Of a DNA stretch of 48,186 nucleotides, positions 1 through 10,524 are shown in pieces. Both the position numbers and the translations under genes were made by a program. Source of the stretch: Deltaproteobacteria bacterium TL4. GTDB lineage: Bacteria; SAR324; NAC60-12. The stretch covers positions 1 through 48,186 of the forward strand of contig JBBCAX010000140.1 of the NCBI GenBank assembly GCA_051382335.1, written 5' to 3'. Each line of letters opens with the position of its first letter. The first letter of the stretch is position 1. A model generated the notes under the pieces. It did no database searches. It was not told the origin of the DNA and was given only the letters and a program-made list of their open reading frames with translations.

Positions 1-98
1 CGGTAGGCTGGGATTACATGCCCAGCTTTTGCGAACGTTGTTTTTATCGGGCACGTAGTCCCGATCTACCACAAATTTAAAGGCTGACAGTGTACTAG
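1..98. repeat. 98-bp direct repeat identical to 48089-48186; right part of a REP-containing MITE-like element
   Basis: Base-for-base identity with the last 98 nt of the window. Contains inverted GTAG-type palindromes at 2-26 and 46-70 and ends GCTGACAGTGTACTAG. Confidence 0.95.
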
Positions 99-103
99 AC
101 TGT

Positions 104-177
104 GAGTGTCAAAGCTTGCTTTGACCAAAACCAAAGCAAGACCTTCGCCTTTCTGGCCAAAGCAAGCTTTGGCACTC
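104..177. repeat. Inverted palindromic pair (REP/REPIN-like)
   Basis: GAGTGTCAAAGCTTGCTTTGACCA at the left versus reverse complement of the right arm GAGTGCCAAAGCTTGCTTTGGCCA (22/24); each arm is itself palindromic (CAAAGC-TT-GCTTTG). Confidence 0.65.
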
Positions 178-335
178 CTGAAACAGCGTTTTTAAACGAT
201 CAGGCAACAGGATGAGCTTTCTAAATTTATTTGAATGAACATCTATAGTAAAAGACCGGGGTCTAGCCCGTTCCCTAGACTGATCAAAAATGACTTTATT
301 GGGGGAAATGGTAATTGATCTCTTGCATATTTTCC

Positions 336-364
336 TTGACAGATGAGTTTGGTAGTGCTACCTA
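336..364 (+). promoter_or_regulatory. Putative sigma70-type promoter of the hrcA operon
   Basis: Perfect TTGACA at 336-341; 17-nt spacer to a weak TG-n-TACCTA -10 box, immediately upstream of CIRCE. Confidence 0.55.
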
Positions 365-367
365 TAA

Positions 368-394
368 CTAGCACTCTCGTTGAATGAGTGCTAG
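368..394 (+). promoter_or_regulatory. CIRCE element (HrcA operator)
   Basis: CTAGCACTC-N9-GAGTGCTAG versus consensus TTAGCACTC-N9-GAGTGCTAA; the palindrome extends 364-398; directly upstream of hrcA. Confidence 0.95.
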
Positions 395-540
395 TTATGT
401 TTATCGCTAAGTTAAAGGGGAAGTCAGATCTTGGTACGTGAACAGGCATTGTGTGTGGACATGCGGGAGAAAATTGAGGGGAAATAGCGGAAACTTTATC
501 ATTATCAACTCGAAGGATCTACTAAATCGTGGAATAGATT

Positions 541-1632
541 ATGGAGAGTTTGGAGAGGCCTGTGGTAAGCGGATTAAGGGGAGGAAACTCTCAAGACATA
601 GATGAACGGACATATAAGGTTTTGAAGGGGATCATTGACAGTTATATTTTGAATGCTGAGCCTGTGGGTTCCAGAACGCTTTCAAAATCTTTGGACATGT
701 CACTTTCTCCTGCCACGATACGGAATATCATGGCGGACTTGTCGGAGATGGGGTATTTGATACAGACCCATACTTCAGGAGGAAGGATTCCAACGGATAA
801 AGCGTATCGTTTGTATGTGGATTCACTGGTGGTTGCGAATGATTTACCTGATGGGATTCAGAAGTTAATACAGGATGTCTCCGCTGAAGGGGGGTCACAA
901 GTTGAAAACATGTTGATCAAGACGACTCGGGTTTTGGCAGGTTTGACTCAGTTTGTCTGTTTGGTCTCTGCCCCCAAAGCGGAATCGAGTTACTTGAAGC
1001 GAATCGAGTTTATCAAAGTCAGTTCTCAAAAAATCCTGGTGATTCTGATTACGAAGGCGGGAGTGATTCGCAATAAGATCATCGAATCCTCAGAGAACCT
1101 TTCTCAGGATTTTTTAAACTCAATCTCCGTATTTTTGAATGAGCAATTCAAAGATGAGTCTTTATTAGGAATCAGGAACCGGATCCTTGAAAGCATGGTA
1201 GAAGACAAGGCCCGTTATGATCAACTACTGGCACAGGCGGTTCGATTAGGGAAAAAAGCTTTTGAAGTAGAAGAACCACCCGAAGTTTATATGGATGGGC
1301 AGTTTAATTTTTTATTGAATGAACGGTTCATTAAACAGGATAATGCTCGAGCATTGCTGGATGCGTTTGAGCATCGGAGTCAGTTGATGGACATCATGGA
1401 CCGGACGTTGAGTGCGGATGGGGTCCAGATTTACATTGGGATGGAAAACGCCATACACGAGTTGAGGGATTATACCTTAATCGCTTCAGGGTATGGTGCA
1501 GACGATAACGTATTGGGGGTCGTCGGGGTCATAGGGCCCACCTGTATGGATTACAAGCGCATTATTCCAGTGGTCGATTATACGGCCAAGATTTTGTCGC
1601 AGGCTATTGCCGAACATGAGTATGAAGACTAA
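541..1632 (+). CDS. hrcA: Heat-inducible transcription repressor HrcA
   Basis: EPVGSRTL, SPATIRNIMADL, THTSGGRIPTDKAYR and GVIGPT motifs; CIRCE upstream, grpE downstream. Confidence 0.97.
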   Translation: MESLERPVVSGLRGGNSQDIDERTYKVLKGIIDSYILNAEPVGSRTLSKSLDMSLSPATIRNIMADLSEMGYLIQTHTSGGRIPTDKAYRLYVDSLVVANDLPDGIQKLIQDVSAEGGSQVENMLIKTTRVLAGLTQFVCLVSAPKAESSYLKRIEFIKVSSQKILVILITKAGVIRNKIIESSENLSQDFLNSISVFLNEQFKDESLLGIRNRILESMVEDKARYDQLLAQAVRLGKKAFEVEEPPEVYMDGQFNFLLNERFIKQDNARALLDAFEHRSQLMDIMDRTLSADGVQIYIGMENAIHELRDYTLIASGYGADDNVLGVVGVIGPTCMDYKRIIPVVDYTAKILSQAIAEHEYED

Positions 1633-1634
1633 AT

Positions 1635-2339
1635 GTGAGTGAAAGTATGGCAGAAAAAAAAATAGATGTTCCAGTAGAGTATGCAACGGAAGAGTCTCAA
1701 GCCGTGAGTTGGGATACTCAAGCCTCTGACAGAGCCGAATCGGTTTCTGTAGAGACTCAAGCTTCCCAAGCGTCAAGGTGTCCTGAGGGTCCTGAACTTC
1801 CTCCATTTGGAGAAAAAAATGCCGACGCAAATGTTGAGGAAACCTCTGAAGCTGAAGTCGTCGATGAGAAGGTCGTTTTAGCAGAAAAATTAGCGCAAGC
1901 GGAAGAGAAAGCGAGAGAGACGTATGATCGTTATCTCAGGCTGAATGCTGAATTTGACAATTTCAAAAAGCGCATGGCTAAGGAAAATTCGGACAAATTT
2001 AAATATTACAACATGGGGCTGATTAAAGAATTGTTACCCGCGATTGATAGTTTTGACCGGGCCATTGCGCATGCCTCAAAAAATGAAACAAGCGATGGCA
2101 GTCTCCAGGAAGGGCTGGGGTTGGTTCGCAAAATGATGATGGACGCCTTCGAAAAATCTGGAGTCTCCGTAATAGCAGCGGTTGGGGAAGTGTTTGACCC
2201 AAACTGCCATCAAGCCATTGGGATGGTTGAGTCGGATACTGTCCCTGAAAATCATGTGGTTGATGAATTTCAACCAGGGTATTTCCTATATGACCGGATT
2301 ATTCGTCCTGCAATGGTTCGGGTTGCAAAAAAATCATGA
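1635..2339 (+). CDS. grpE: Nucleotide exchange factor GrpE (long acidic N-terminus; may start at ATG 1647)
   Basis: YLRLNAEFDNFKKR, FDPNCHQAI and GYFLYDRIIRPAMVRV motifs. Confidence 0.95.
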   Translation: MSESMAEKKIDVPVEYATEESQAVSWDTQASDRAESVSVETQASQASRCPEGPELPPFGEKNADANVEETSEAEVVDEKVVLAEKLAQAEEKARETYDRYLRLNAEFDNFKKRMAKENSDKFKYYNMGLIKELLPAIDSFDRAIAHASKNETSDGSLQEGLGLVRKMMMDAFEKSGVSVIAAVGEVFDPNCHQAIGMVESDTVPENHVVDEFQPGYFLYDRIIRPAMVRVAKKS

Positions 2340-2373
2340 AGATAAACGTTATTAACAGGTAAAAGGAGTAGAA

Positions 2374-4311
2374 ATGGGACATGTAATAGGGATTGACTTA
2401 GGGACGACAAATTCTTGTGTTGCTGTTATGGAAGGTGGCGAGCCTAAAGTCATTCAAAACTCGGAAGGAGTACGGACAACACCGTCTATGGTTGCCTTTA
2501 ATGATTCCGGAGAACGTCTTGTTGGACAAGTAGCCAAGCGTCAAGCGGTAACCAACCCTGAGCGTACGATTTTTTCGAACAAACGATTGATGGGGCGGAA
2601 AATCAGCTCCGATGAGGTCAGGAAAATGAAGGGGATGGTGTCCTATAAAATTTCTGAGGGCAATGGTGGTTCCGCTTGTGTTGAAGTGGATGGGAAGAAA
2701 TATTCTCCGCCTGAAATATCCGCTTTCGTTCTTCAAAAAATGAAACAAACGGCTGAGGACTATTTGGGTGAAGCGGTAACCGACGCTGTGATTACCGTGC
2801 CTGCTTATTTTAACGATAGTCAGCGTCAGGCGACAAAAGACGCGGGTAAGATTGCGGGTTTGAATGTATTACGGATTATTAATGAGCCGACAGCGGCGTC
2901 CTTGGCGTATGGGTTGGATAAAAAATCGGACGAAAAAATTGCTGTTTTCGATTTAGGAGGGGGTACTTTTGATATTTCCATCTTGGAGATTGGGGATGGT
3001 GTGTTTGAAGTAAAGTCAACAAACGGAGACACCTTTTTAGGGGGTGACGATTTTGATAACACCTTAATCGGCTATATTGCGTCCGAATTTAAAAAAGATC
3101 AGGGCATTGATTTGATGACGGACAAAATGGCGTTGCAGCGTTTGAAAGAAGCGGCTGAAAAAGCCAAGCATGAGTTATCCTCGAGTATGGAAACGGACAT
3201 CAACCTTCCTTTCATTACAGCAGACGCGTCGGGGCCCAAGCACCTGAACTTAAAGCTCACACGAGCTAAGTTTGAACAGATGGTAGACAGTTTAGTCCAA
3301 CGCTGTTTGGAACCTTGTCGTGCGGCCTTGAGAGATGCCGGATGTACCGCGAATGATATTGATGAAGTGATTCTTGTTGGTGGAATGACGCGCATGCCGA
3401 AAATCCAACAAATTGTTAAGGAATTTTTTGGGAAAGAACCCCATAAAGGCGTGAATCCTGACGAAGTTGTGGCGATTGGTGCCGCGATTCAAGGTGGCGT
3501 GCTTAAGGGGGATGTTAAAGATGTATTGCTGTTGGATGTTACGCCGTTGTCCTTGGGAATTGAAACCCTGGGCGGTGTGATGACTCGACTGATCGAGCGG
3601 AATACAACGATTCCAACACGAAAAAGTCAGATTTTTTCAACGGCCGCAGACAATCAACCCGCCGTGAGCATTCATGTTCTTCAAGGAGAACGGGAAATGG
3701 CGGGCGATAACAAAACACTGGGTCGGTTTGAACTGGTTGGCATTCCTCCTGCGCCTCGTGGCATCCCTCAAATAGAGGTAACCTTTGATATTGACGCTAA
3801 CGGTATTGTGAATGTCAGTGCCAAAGATATGGGAACACGAAAAGAACAGCAGATCCGCATTACAGCATCGAGTGGTTTGTCTGATGCGGAAGTGAAGCGA
3901 ATGGTTGAGGAAGCGGAACGTTATGCGGATGAGGATAAAAAACGCAGAGAATCGGTCGAGTCTAAGAATCATGCTGAATCCTTGATTTACAGTACGGAAA
4001 AGTCGATGAAGGAGATTGGAGACAAGCTGCCTAAAGAAGACAGGAAAAAGATCCAGGCGGCCATTGATCAGCTCAGGAAGAGTTCTGAAGGCGATGACGT
4101 GGAAGTGATTAAAGCGGACATCGAAGCCTTGACGCAAGCCTCCCATAAAATGGCAGAAATTCTGTATAGTCAAGCCGCAGAACAGGCTGGTGCCGATCAA
4201 AAGGGTGGTCCTTCCGGTTCCGCAGACTCCGGTTCGTCTAAGTCTTCAGAAAGTAGTGATTCTGCTGATGATATTGTCGATGCTGATTACGAAGAGGTTA
4301 AGAAGGATTAA
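2374..4311 (+). CDS. dnaK: Chaperone DnaK (Hsp70)
   Basis: [21 protein letters not shown] and C-terminal [16 protein letters not shown]. Confidence 0.99.
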   Translation: MGHVIGIDLGTTNSCVAVMEGGEPKVIQNSEGVRTTPSMVAFNDSGERLVGQVAKRQAVTNPERTIFSNKRLMGRKISSDEVRKMKGMVSYKISEGNGGSACVEVDGKKYSPPEISAFVLQKMKQTAEDYLGEAVTDAVITVPAYFNDSQRQATKDAGKIAGLNVLRIINEPTAASLAYGLDKKSDEKIAVFDLGGGTFDISILEIGDGVFEVKSTNGDTFLGGDDFDNTLIGYIASEFKKDQGIDLMTDKMALQRLKEAAEKAKHELSSSMETDINLPFITADASGPKHLNLKLTRAKFEQMVDSLVQRCLEPCRAALRDAGCTANDIDEVILVGGMTRMPKIQQIVKEFFGKEPHKGVNPDEVVAIGAAIQGGVLKGDVKDVLLLDVTPLSLGIETLGGVMTRLIERNTTIPTRKSQIFSTAADNQPAVSIHVLQGEREMAGDNKTLGRFELVGIPPAPRGIPQIEVTFDIDANGIVNVSAKDMGTRKEQQIRITASSGLSDAEVKRMVEEAERYADEDKKRRESVESKNHAESLIYSTEKSMKEIGDKLPKEDRKKIQAAIDQLRKSSEGDDVEVIKADIEALTQASHKMAEILYSQAAEQAGADQKGGPSGSADSGSSKSSESSDSADDIVDADYEEVKKD

Positions 4312-4369
4312 GACTCTTTGTGGAGGTTAACGATAATTTTATTCAAATGTTTAGAAAGAGGAGTACTTT

Positions 4370-5479
4370 TTGGCAAAACGTGATTATTACGAAGTGCTCG
4401 GGGTTTCTCGTTCCGCTTCAACGGATGAACTAAAGAAGGCTTATCGTAAAATTGCTCTGAAACATCATCCTGACCGTAATCCGGGTGACAGTACTGCTGA
4501 AGATAAATTCAAGGAAGCGACGGAAGCTTACGAGGTTTTGAGCAATCAGGAAAAGCGGGCTCGCTATGATCGCTTTGGCCATGCGGCCGATGGCTTGGGT
4601 GGAGACGCTGGCGCTGCTGGAGGATTTGGAGATATTTTTGGAGATATCTTCAGCGAATTCTTTGGTGGAGGCCAAAGTCGCGGAAGAAGGTCAGGAAGTC
4701 GTGGTGAGCGAGGCTCTGACTTGCAGTATAATATGGAAATCAGCTTTGAAGAAGCCGCCTTTGGGCATTCTACAGAGATTGACGTTCCTCGTCTGGAAAC
4801 CTGTGACACCTGCGGTGGTTTAGGTGCCAGGTCTGAACGTGATATTGAGATCTGTACTGTATGCCAAGGCACAGGGCAGCAGCGAATTCAGCAAGGTTTT
4901 TTTAGTGTCGCAACCACTTGTGGACGCTGTGGCGGACAGGGACGGACGGTAAAAAATCCTTGTCCTAAATGCCAAGGTAAAACAAGAACCACCAAAACCC
5001 GGAGGTTGCGTGTCAACGTTCCTCCAGGGATTGACACGGGGTCGCGTATTAAGCTCACGGGAGAAGGTGAACATGGTTCCAATGGTGGCCCTCCCGGAGA
5101 TCTGTACATTGTTCTGCATGTCAGTGCGCATTCCATCTTTGAAAGAGAGGGTGCGGATTTGTTCTGTGAAGTTCCTGTGAGTTTTGTCCAGGTGGCTTTA
5201 GGCGCGGAGGTCGAAGTTCCAACATTGGAAGGCAAAGCCAAGTTGAAAATTCCTGCTGGAACACAAACGCACAAAGTTTTCCGTATGCGGGGTAAGGGCA
5301 TCACTTACCTTCGCGGAGGAGGACGAGGCGATTTACATGTAAGGATTGTTGTGGAAACTCCTACCAATTTAGTGGCGACTCAGAAAAAGCTGCTTGAAGA
5401 CTTTGAGCAATTGAGCAATGAGGGGAGTCATCCCTTGAGAGATAAATTTGTTAGTAAATTCAAAAATTTATTTTCCTAA
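4370..5479 (+). CDS. dnaJ: Chaperone DnaJ (TTG start)
   Basis: J domain with HPD, G/F-rich region, four CxxCxGxG-type zinc motifs; GAGGAG RBS. Confidence 0.98.
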   Translation: MAKRDYYEVLGVSRSASTDELKKAYRKIALKHHPDRNPGDSTAEDKFKEATEAYEVLSNQEKRARYDRFGHAADGLGGDAGAAGGFGDIFGDIFSEFFGGGQSRGRRSGSRGERGSDLQYNMEISFEEAAFGHSTEIDVPRLETCDTCGGLGARSERDIEICTVCQGTGQQRIQQGFFSVATTCGRCGGQGRTVKNPCPKCQGKTRTTKTRRLRVNVPPGIDTGSRIKLTGEGEHGSNGGPPGDLYIVLHVSAHSIFEREGADLFCEVPVSFVQVALGAEVEVPTLEGKAKLKIPAGTQTHKVFRMRGKGITYLRGGGRGDLHVRIVVETPTNLVATQKKLLEDFEQLSNEGSHPLRDKFVSKFKNLFS

Positions 5480-5551
5480 AGAAATCTTGTGCCCCTCTTT
5501 GTTTTGTTTTTGCGGAACAAGGGGCGGCTACCATCAGCCTTAGGGGTTTCG

Positions 5552-6604
5552 ATGAAACCTCATCTTTTGTTCACGGCAAGTATGGCTGGCACCGCCAATT
5601 ATCTGTGCCCTGTCCTCCAAAAATTGACCCTGCCGTTTTCCCTGCTGGCTCAAGAAGATGCCGCCCGCGTATTTAAAAAAGCCAACTTGGCGCATACCCT
5701 GCTTCCAACCTGTTCCTGGTCTCAACTTGACGAATTGGGGGAGATCTCTCTGCCGCCTGAGGTCAGCCATGTCATCTCAGGCGTATCGTATGGTTCCACT
5801 ATTGATAAAGCCCTATTACGGTCAGCAAAAAAGAAAAGCATTCCAACAGTGGGAATTGTTGAGAACTGGAGTTCTTTTGAGGAAAAATTTGCTTACTTGG
5901 AAGGGGGCAATATTATCCAGGCGAAAGCCTTTGTTCCAGATTCTGTTTGGGTCAATGATGAGCATGCAAAGCAAGGAATCATGAAGATGGGAATTGTTGA
6001 CTCATTGATTCAGATAGTCGGACAGCCTTTTTTAGAGTGGCAATATCAGAACTTCCTCAACCTTCCTCACTATGCGCCAACCAATACCATTGTTTTTGTC
6101 TCAGAACAAATTCGCGATGATTTTGTTGCAGGGACTGCCTCGGATAAGGGTTTTGATGAGTATAAAACTTTGGAATTTTTAATCCAAGCCATTGATTTTA
6201 AAAAGTACAAACTTCGCATCAAGCTCCATCCCGAAGAAAACGAAGATAAATTTGATTATTTGAAAGCGAGAGGCTTGGATATTGAATCGATCAAGTTTTG
6301 TGACATTTCCCAATTGCTGTTGGAGTCACATAAAATTACAGGCATGTGCTCCATGCTGTTGATGGAAGCAGCGCTGGTTCGAGACGATGTGCTCAGTATG
6401 ATGCCTGGAGCCCAGGCCGAAGCTTTTGTGGGGAATGTGATCCACGCAACAGAATTTGCTCCAACTCGAGAGGCGTTAAGTCGGTCTCTGACGCGTGTCA
6501 AGGCCTCCATAGGGGAAAGTTCTTTTGGAAAGCGCTTTAAAGAGTCCACAAATCAGGTTTTAGAACGCATACAGTCCTTGGGCACACACACAAACATTAG
6601 CTAA
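5552..6604 (+). CDS. Glycosyltransferase-fold polysaccharide biosynthesis protein (GT-B/sialyltransferase-like)
   Basis: IVGQP, IKLHP.E and ITGMCSMLLMEAAL motifs typical of GT-B-fold capsule/LPS proteins; first gene of the glycan cluster. Start taken at ATG 5552. Confidence 0.55.
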   Translation: MKPHLLFTASMAGTANYLCPVLQKLTLPFSLLAQEDAARVFKKANLAHTLLPTCSWSQLDELGEISLPPEVSHVISGVSYGSTIDKALLRSAKKKSIPTVGIVENWSSFEEKFAYLEGGNIIQAKAFVPDSVWVNDEHAKQGIMKMGIVDSLIQIVGQPFLEWQYQNFLNLPHYAPTNTIVFVSEQIRDDFVAGTASDKGFDEYKTLEFLIQAIDFKKYKLRIKLHPEENEDKFDYLKARGLDIESIKFCDISQLLLESHKITGMCSMLLMEAALVRDDVLSMMPGAQAEAFVGNVIHATEFAPTREALSRSLTRVKASIGESSFGKRFKESTNQVLERIQSLGTHTNIS

Positions 6605-6617
6605 AAATGGAGGTCTT

Positions 6618-7373
6618 TTGAAAATCACCGCAACGATTCAAGCTCGAATGGGGTCAACCCGACTCCCTGGAAAAGTGTTGAAACTGATAGGAGGGAAACC
6701 GATGCTTCAACGTCAGGTTGAGCGAATCCAGCGTTCCCGTTTGATTGATGAAGTGATTATCGCGACGTCGACCGCTCCACAGGATGACGCCATTGTTGAT
6801 CTTGGAAAACGACTCAAGGTTCCCGTATTCAGAGGCTCTGAAAATGATGTTTTGGGAAGAATAGCCAGCGCGCTGGAGGCGCATCAGGTAGAATTGCATG
6901 TAGAACAAGTTGGAGACAGCCCGTTCTCGGATCCCCAAATCATTGATGAAATGATCGGCTTCTATCTAAAACATCAGGATCAGTATGATTTTGTGACCAA
7001 TTGTACCAAAGTCACCTATCCTTCCGGGATGGAAGTCAATGTTTATCCTGCGTCGGTACTCTTGGACGCTAATGCGAATGTTCCTGCGGATGAGCCTCTG
7101 AGAGAGCATGTCGAGATCCATATTTCAAAGAATCCCAAGTATCGGTGTGTTTGTGTTGAAGCACCGCCTTTTTTTCATAATCCTGATATTTACTTGGAAG
7201 TGGATACGCCCACCGACTTTAAAATGGTTTCAGCGGTTTTTGAGCATTTTGATCAACAAGGGAAAACTCATTTTTCCTTAGCACAGATTTTGGATTTTCT
7301 GGAGCAACGTCAGGATTTGATAAAGCTCAATCAAAATGAAGAGCGACGTTGGAAAGTCTTTAAGGATCAATGA
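6618..7373 (+). CDS. Cytidylyltransferase, SpsF/PseF-like (CTP_transf_3)
   Basis: IQARMGSTRLPGKVL and FRGSENDVLGR motifs; TTG start with GGAGG RBS. Confidence 0.88.
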   Translation: MKITATIQARMGSTRLPGKVLKLIGGKPMLQRQVERIQRSRLIDEVIIATSTAPQDDAIVDLGKRLKVPVFRGSENDVLGRIASALEAHQVELHVEQVGDSPFSDPQIIDEMIGFYLKHQDQYDFVTNCTKVTYPSGMEVNVYPASVLLDANANVPADEPLREHVEIHISKNPKYRCVCVEAPPFFHNPDIYLEVDTPTDFKMVSAVFEHFDQQGKTHFSLAQILDFLEQRQDLIKLNQNEERRWKVFKDQ

Positions 7374-8371
7374 TGTATAAAGCGGCCGTCATTGGGTGTG
7401 GGATGATCGCGGGGGCTTATGAAGAGCTCAATACGCCTTCAATCTATTCTCATGGAAAAGCTTACTACCGGCATCAGGAGATCTCTGAGATCGCCTTCGT
7501 TGACCGTTACACGGAGCGCAGCAGACTCTTGGCAAAAAAGTTCCAGGGGCAGGCTTTTGAAAACCTCGCTCAATTGCTTTCGGTGTTTCAACCTGACTGT
7601 ATTTCAGTATGCACTCCGGACGACACTCACTTTTCAACCTTAAAAGCAATTTTTGAAGCCAAAGGGCAGACCGCGTTGATTTTTGCGGAAAAACCGATTT
7701 GTCAAAGCAGGAGGGAACTTCAGGAATTAATGCGGATGGAACAGGCAACGGGCATTAGAGTGATCGTTCATCACAATCGTCGTTTTGATCTTCCTCATCA
7801 AAAACTCAAAACCTTGATTCAATCGAATGAACTCGGAAATTTGTTGAGAGGAACGATTGATTACTATGGAGGATGGTGCCATTTAGGCGTCCATGTTGTG
7901 GATGTGCTTCAGTATTTTTTTGAGGAAAGCCTTATCCCAAAAACTCTGGAATACGCGTGTGAGTCTAAATATCCCCAGGATCCCACCTTACACGTCGAGG
8001 CGACTATAGAAGGGAGGCCTTTAAAATGGACGGGAATGGATGAAGCCTATTATCAACTGGTTGACCTGGATCTTAAATTTGAAAAAGGGCAGATTCGGAT
8101 TGAAGATTTTGGACAAAACATCCGTGTTTTTCGTAAAATCGTCAACCAGGAAAAGGAAAATGTTTTGGAACTTGACCCTCAACAAAGCGGAAGAGGGATG
8201 TTGAGTCCTATAAAAAATGCCGTAGAACGGATTGTTGCCTATTTAAAGCAAAAAGATTCCGATATTTTGGAACCCTTTGGTCTCATCGAAGCAGAAAAGA
8301 CCATGAACACTTTATGGAAAGGAGTATCATTATATGAAAATCAATCTAGCCAATCCGGCCCTTGCGATTAA
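7370..8371 (+). CDS. Gfo/Idh/MocA family oxidoreductase
   Basis: AAVIGCGMIA Rossmann motif, SVCTPDDTH, AEKP and HNRRF. Confidence 0.88.
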   Translation: MMYKAAVIGCGMIAGAYEELNTPSIYSHGKAYYRHQEISEIAFVDRYTERSRLLAKKFQGQAFENLAQLLSVFQPDCISVCTPDDTHFSTLKAIFEAKGQTALIFAEKPICQSRRELQELMRMEQATGIRVIVHHNRRFDLPHQKLKTLIQSNELGNLLRGTIDYYGGWCHLGVHVVDVLQYFFEESLIPKTLEYACESKYPQDPTLHVEATIEGRPLKWTGMDEAYYQLVDLDLKFEKGQIRIEDFGQNIRVFRKIVNQEKENVLELDPQQSGRGMLSPIKNAVERIVAYLKQKDSDILEPFGLIEAEKTMNTLWKGVSLYENQSSQSGPCD

Positions 8372-9623
8372 TGGAGGTTCTCCTGTCCGGCTTCAGCCCT
8401 GGATCGATAATTATACGTGTGGCGAGGAAGAAAAAGCCGCCGCGATACGGGCCATAGAGACCGGGTTTTTGTCAAAATTTGAAGGCTCACATACGCCCGA
8501 CGCTCCTTTTAGTTTTTGGGGGGGACCTTTTGTTTTGGAACTGGAAGAACGGTGGCATAGCTATTATGGGAGTAAATACGCTGTTTCCATGAACAGCGCA
8601 ACCTCAGGCCTTTATGCGGCGTTAGGAGCCTTGGAAATTGGTTTTGGGGATGAGGTGATTGTCTCTCCCTCCACAATGACGGCTTGTGCCGTTGGACCCT
8701 TGATCTATGGGGCGATTCCGATTTTTGCGGATGTTGAACAGATGACCGGATCTATTGATTGTGATTCCTTTGAAAAATTGATCACTCCGCGGACAAAGTG
8801 CCTTATCGTCATCCATCAATTTGGGATTCCTGCCGAGATGGATCGTTTAGTTCAAATTTGCAGACAACATGAAATTGCGATCATTGAAGACTGTGCCCAG
8901 GCTCATGGGGCCAAATATAAGGGCAAATACGTCGGAACTTTTGGGGATATTGGGGTTTTTAGCCTGAATGTCAACAAAACCATTCAATGTGGTGAAGGGG
9001 CTGTTTGTATTACCAATAATGAAGACCTTCGCTATAGACTGGCCCTGATTCGAAATCATGCGGAGGCCGTCGTCGGACCTGCGGAGTATTCTAATATTGT
9101 GAACTTGATCGGTTTCAATTACCGTCTCACTGAAGTGCAAGCAGCCATCGCTATTGAGCAGTTGAAAAAACTGGATGGTTTGAATGAAAAACGACTCGAA
9201 ATGGTCCGATATCTCAGCGATAACTTGCGCAAGTTTGATTTTTTGGACATTGTGGATGGACGTGAAGATTGTCACAGCACCTTTTATCAATACCCGGTTT
9301 TGTACAAAGAAGCTGTGGCCGGAACCACGATTGAGGAATTCAGGAAAGCCCTCTGTAAAGAAGGTTGTTACTTCTTCAGAGGGCACACTCCTTTGTATTT
9401 TGAACCGGTTTATCAGATCAAAAAGGCGTTCAAACATGGATATCCTTTTTCCGCGCCTGAAAACAAGATGATTCAGACTAACTATCACAAAGGGGCGTGT
9501 CCCATGGCAGAACAACTCCGAAATCATGATTTGTTACTCAATGAGCATGTCCGGCCTCCAAACACCATAGACGATATGAAAGAACTCGTTAAAATCTTTG
9601 AAAAAGTTGCAGGCCTCCTATGA
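8334..9623 (+). CDS. DegT/DnrJ/EryC1/StrS sugar aminotransferase (PLP)
   Basis: NSATSGL, IEDCAQAHGA, FSLNVNKTIQCGEG and GFNYRLTEVQAA motifs. Confidence 0.93.
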   Translation: MKINLANPALAINGGSPVRLQPWIDNYTCGEEEKAAAIRAIETGFLSKFEGSHTPDAPFSFWGGPFVLELEERWHSYYGSKYAVSMNSATSGLYAALGALEIGFGDEVIVSPSTMTACAVGPLIYGAIPIFADVEQMTGSIDCDSFEKLITPRTKCLIVIHQFGIPAEMDRLVQICRQHEIAIIEDCAQAHGAKYKGKYVGTFGDIGVFSLNVNKTIQCGEGAVCITNNEDLRYRLALIRNHAEAVVGPAEYSNIVNLIGFNYRLTEVQAAIAIEQLKKLDGLNEKRLEMVRYLSDNLRKFDFLDIVDGREDCHSTFYQYPVLYKEAVAGTTIEEFRKALCKEGCYFFRGHTPLYFEPVYQIKKAFKHGYPFSAPENKMIQTNYHKGACPMAEQLRNHDLLLNEHVRPPNTIDDMKELVKIFEKVAGLL

Positions 9624-10519
9624 TCCTAACTTGTCCCATTTGTAAAAGTACAGAAATCAGCCAGTTTTGGAATCAGGTGTGGATGGATGCGTCGTGTGTT
9701 GTTAAACGTTGTGACCACTGCGAATTGTTTTTTCTACACCCTCCTAAAAAACCACAAGCTCAGGCGGCCTTTGATGAAAACTATGAGCGGTATATCGCCA
9801 AAAGAGAAGAACTTATCGCGCAGCACAGTGACGATTCTTTTGCCGACATGGTAGACGATAGCATTCAAGCCCGCTATCAGGATATTCAGGCATATTTTGA
9901 AGGGGCCTCATCGGTTCTTGAGGTTGGTGCCGAAAAAGGAGGATTTCTCGACCTGTTAAAAAATAAGGTTCCTACCTTGTGTGGCGTGGATGCCTGCCCG
10001 GAATATCGGGATCTCTTGAAGGCGAAAGGCTACCATGCGGCACTTTACGTTGAAGAACTCTCAGCCGTTCAGAAGTTTGACAGGGTGTGTTTTTTCAGCC
10101 TCCTGGAACATATCCTGGAACCTTTGCCTTTTCTTGAACGTCTGAAAAACCATCTGAGTCCTGAAGGCGTGATGGTGATGGAAGTTCCCTCCGCGGATGA
10201 ACCGCTCATCAAACTGTATGATATTGACGCATTTAAATCGTTCTATTTTCAAGGAATGCATCCTTATGTTTACAGTTTAAAATCACTTACTCTTTTATTT
10301 TCAGAATGCGGTTTGGCGATTGACAAGGTTCAATACAAGCAACGCTACGGTTTGGACAATCATCTGCAATGGCTAAAAGAAGGCATCCCTGGCGGAAGTA
10401 AAAAGTTTGAACACTTCTTTTCTTCATCTTTTCAAAATTCATACAAAACCTACCTGGAACAACGAAAAACAACAGACACCCTTTATCTTACGGTACGAGC
10501 CGCAACCTCCTCTTCCTGA
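9620..10519 (+). CDS. Class I SAM-dependent methyltransferase with N-terminal CxxC/CxxC zinc ribbon
   Basis: CPIC...CDHC, VLEVGAEKGGF and LLEHILEP motifs. Confidence 0.85.
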   Translation: MILTCPICKSTEISQFWNQVWMDASCVVKRCDHCELFFLHPPKKPQAQAAFDENYERYIAKREELIAQHSDDSFADMVDDSIQARYQDIQAYFEGASSVLEVGAEKGGFLDLLKNKVPTLCGVDACPEYRDLLKAKGYHAALYVEELSAVQKFDRVCFFSLLEHILEPLPFLERLKNHLSPEGVMVMEVPSADEPLIKLYDIDAFKSFYFQGMHPYVYSLKSLTLLFSECGLAIDKVQYKQRYGLDNHLQWLKEGIPGGSKKFEHFFSSSFQNSYKTYLEQRKTTDTLYLTVRAATSSS

Positions 10520-10524
10520 GTCTC

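Noticed and set aside
1690..1775. Short imperfect repeats (ESQA / DTQAS / ETQAS) in the grpE 5' region
   Set aside because: Ordinary low-complexity variation in the disordered GrpE N-terminus.
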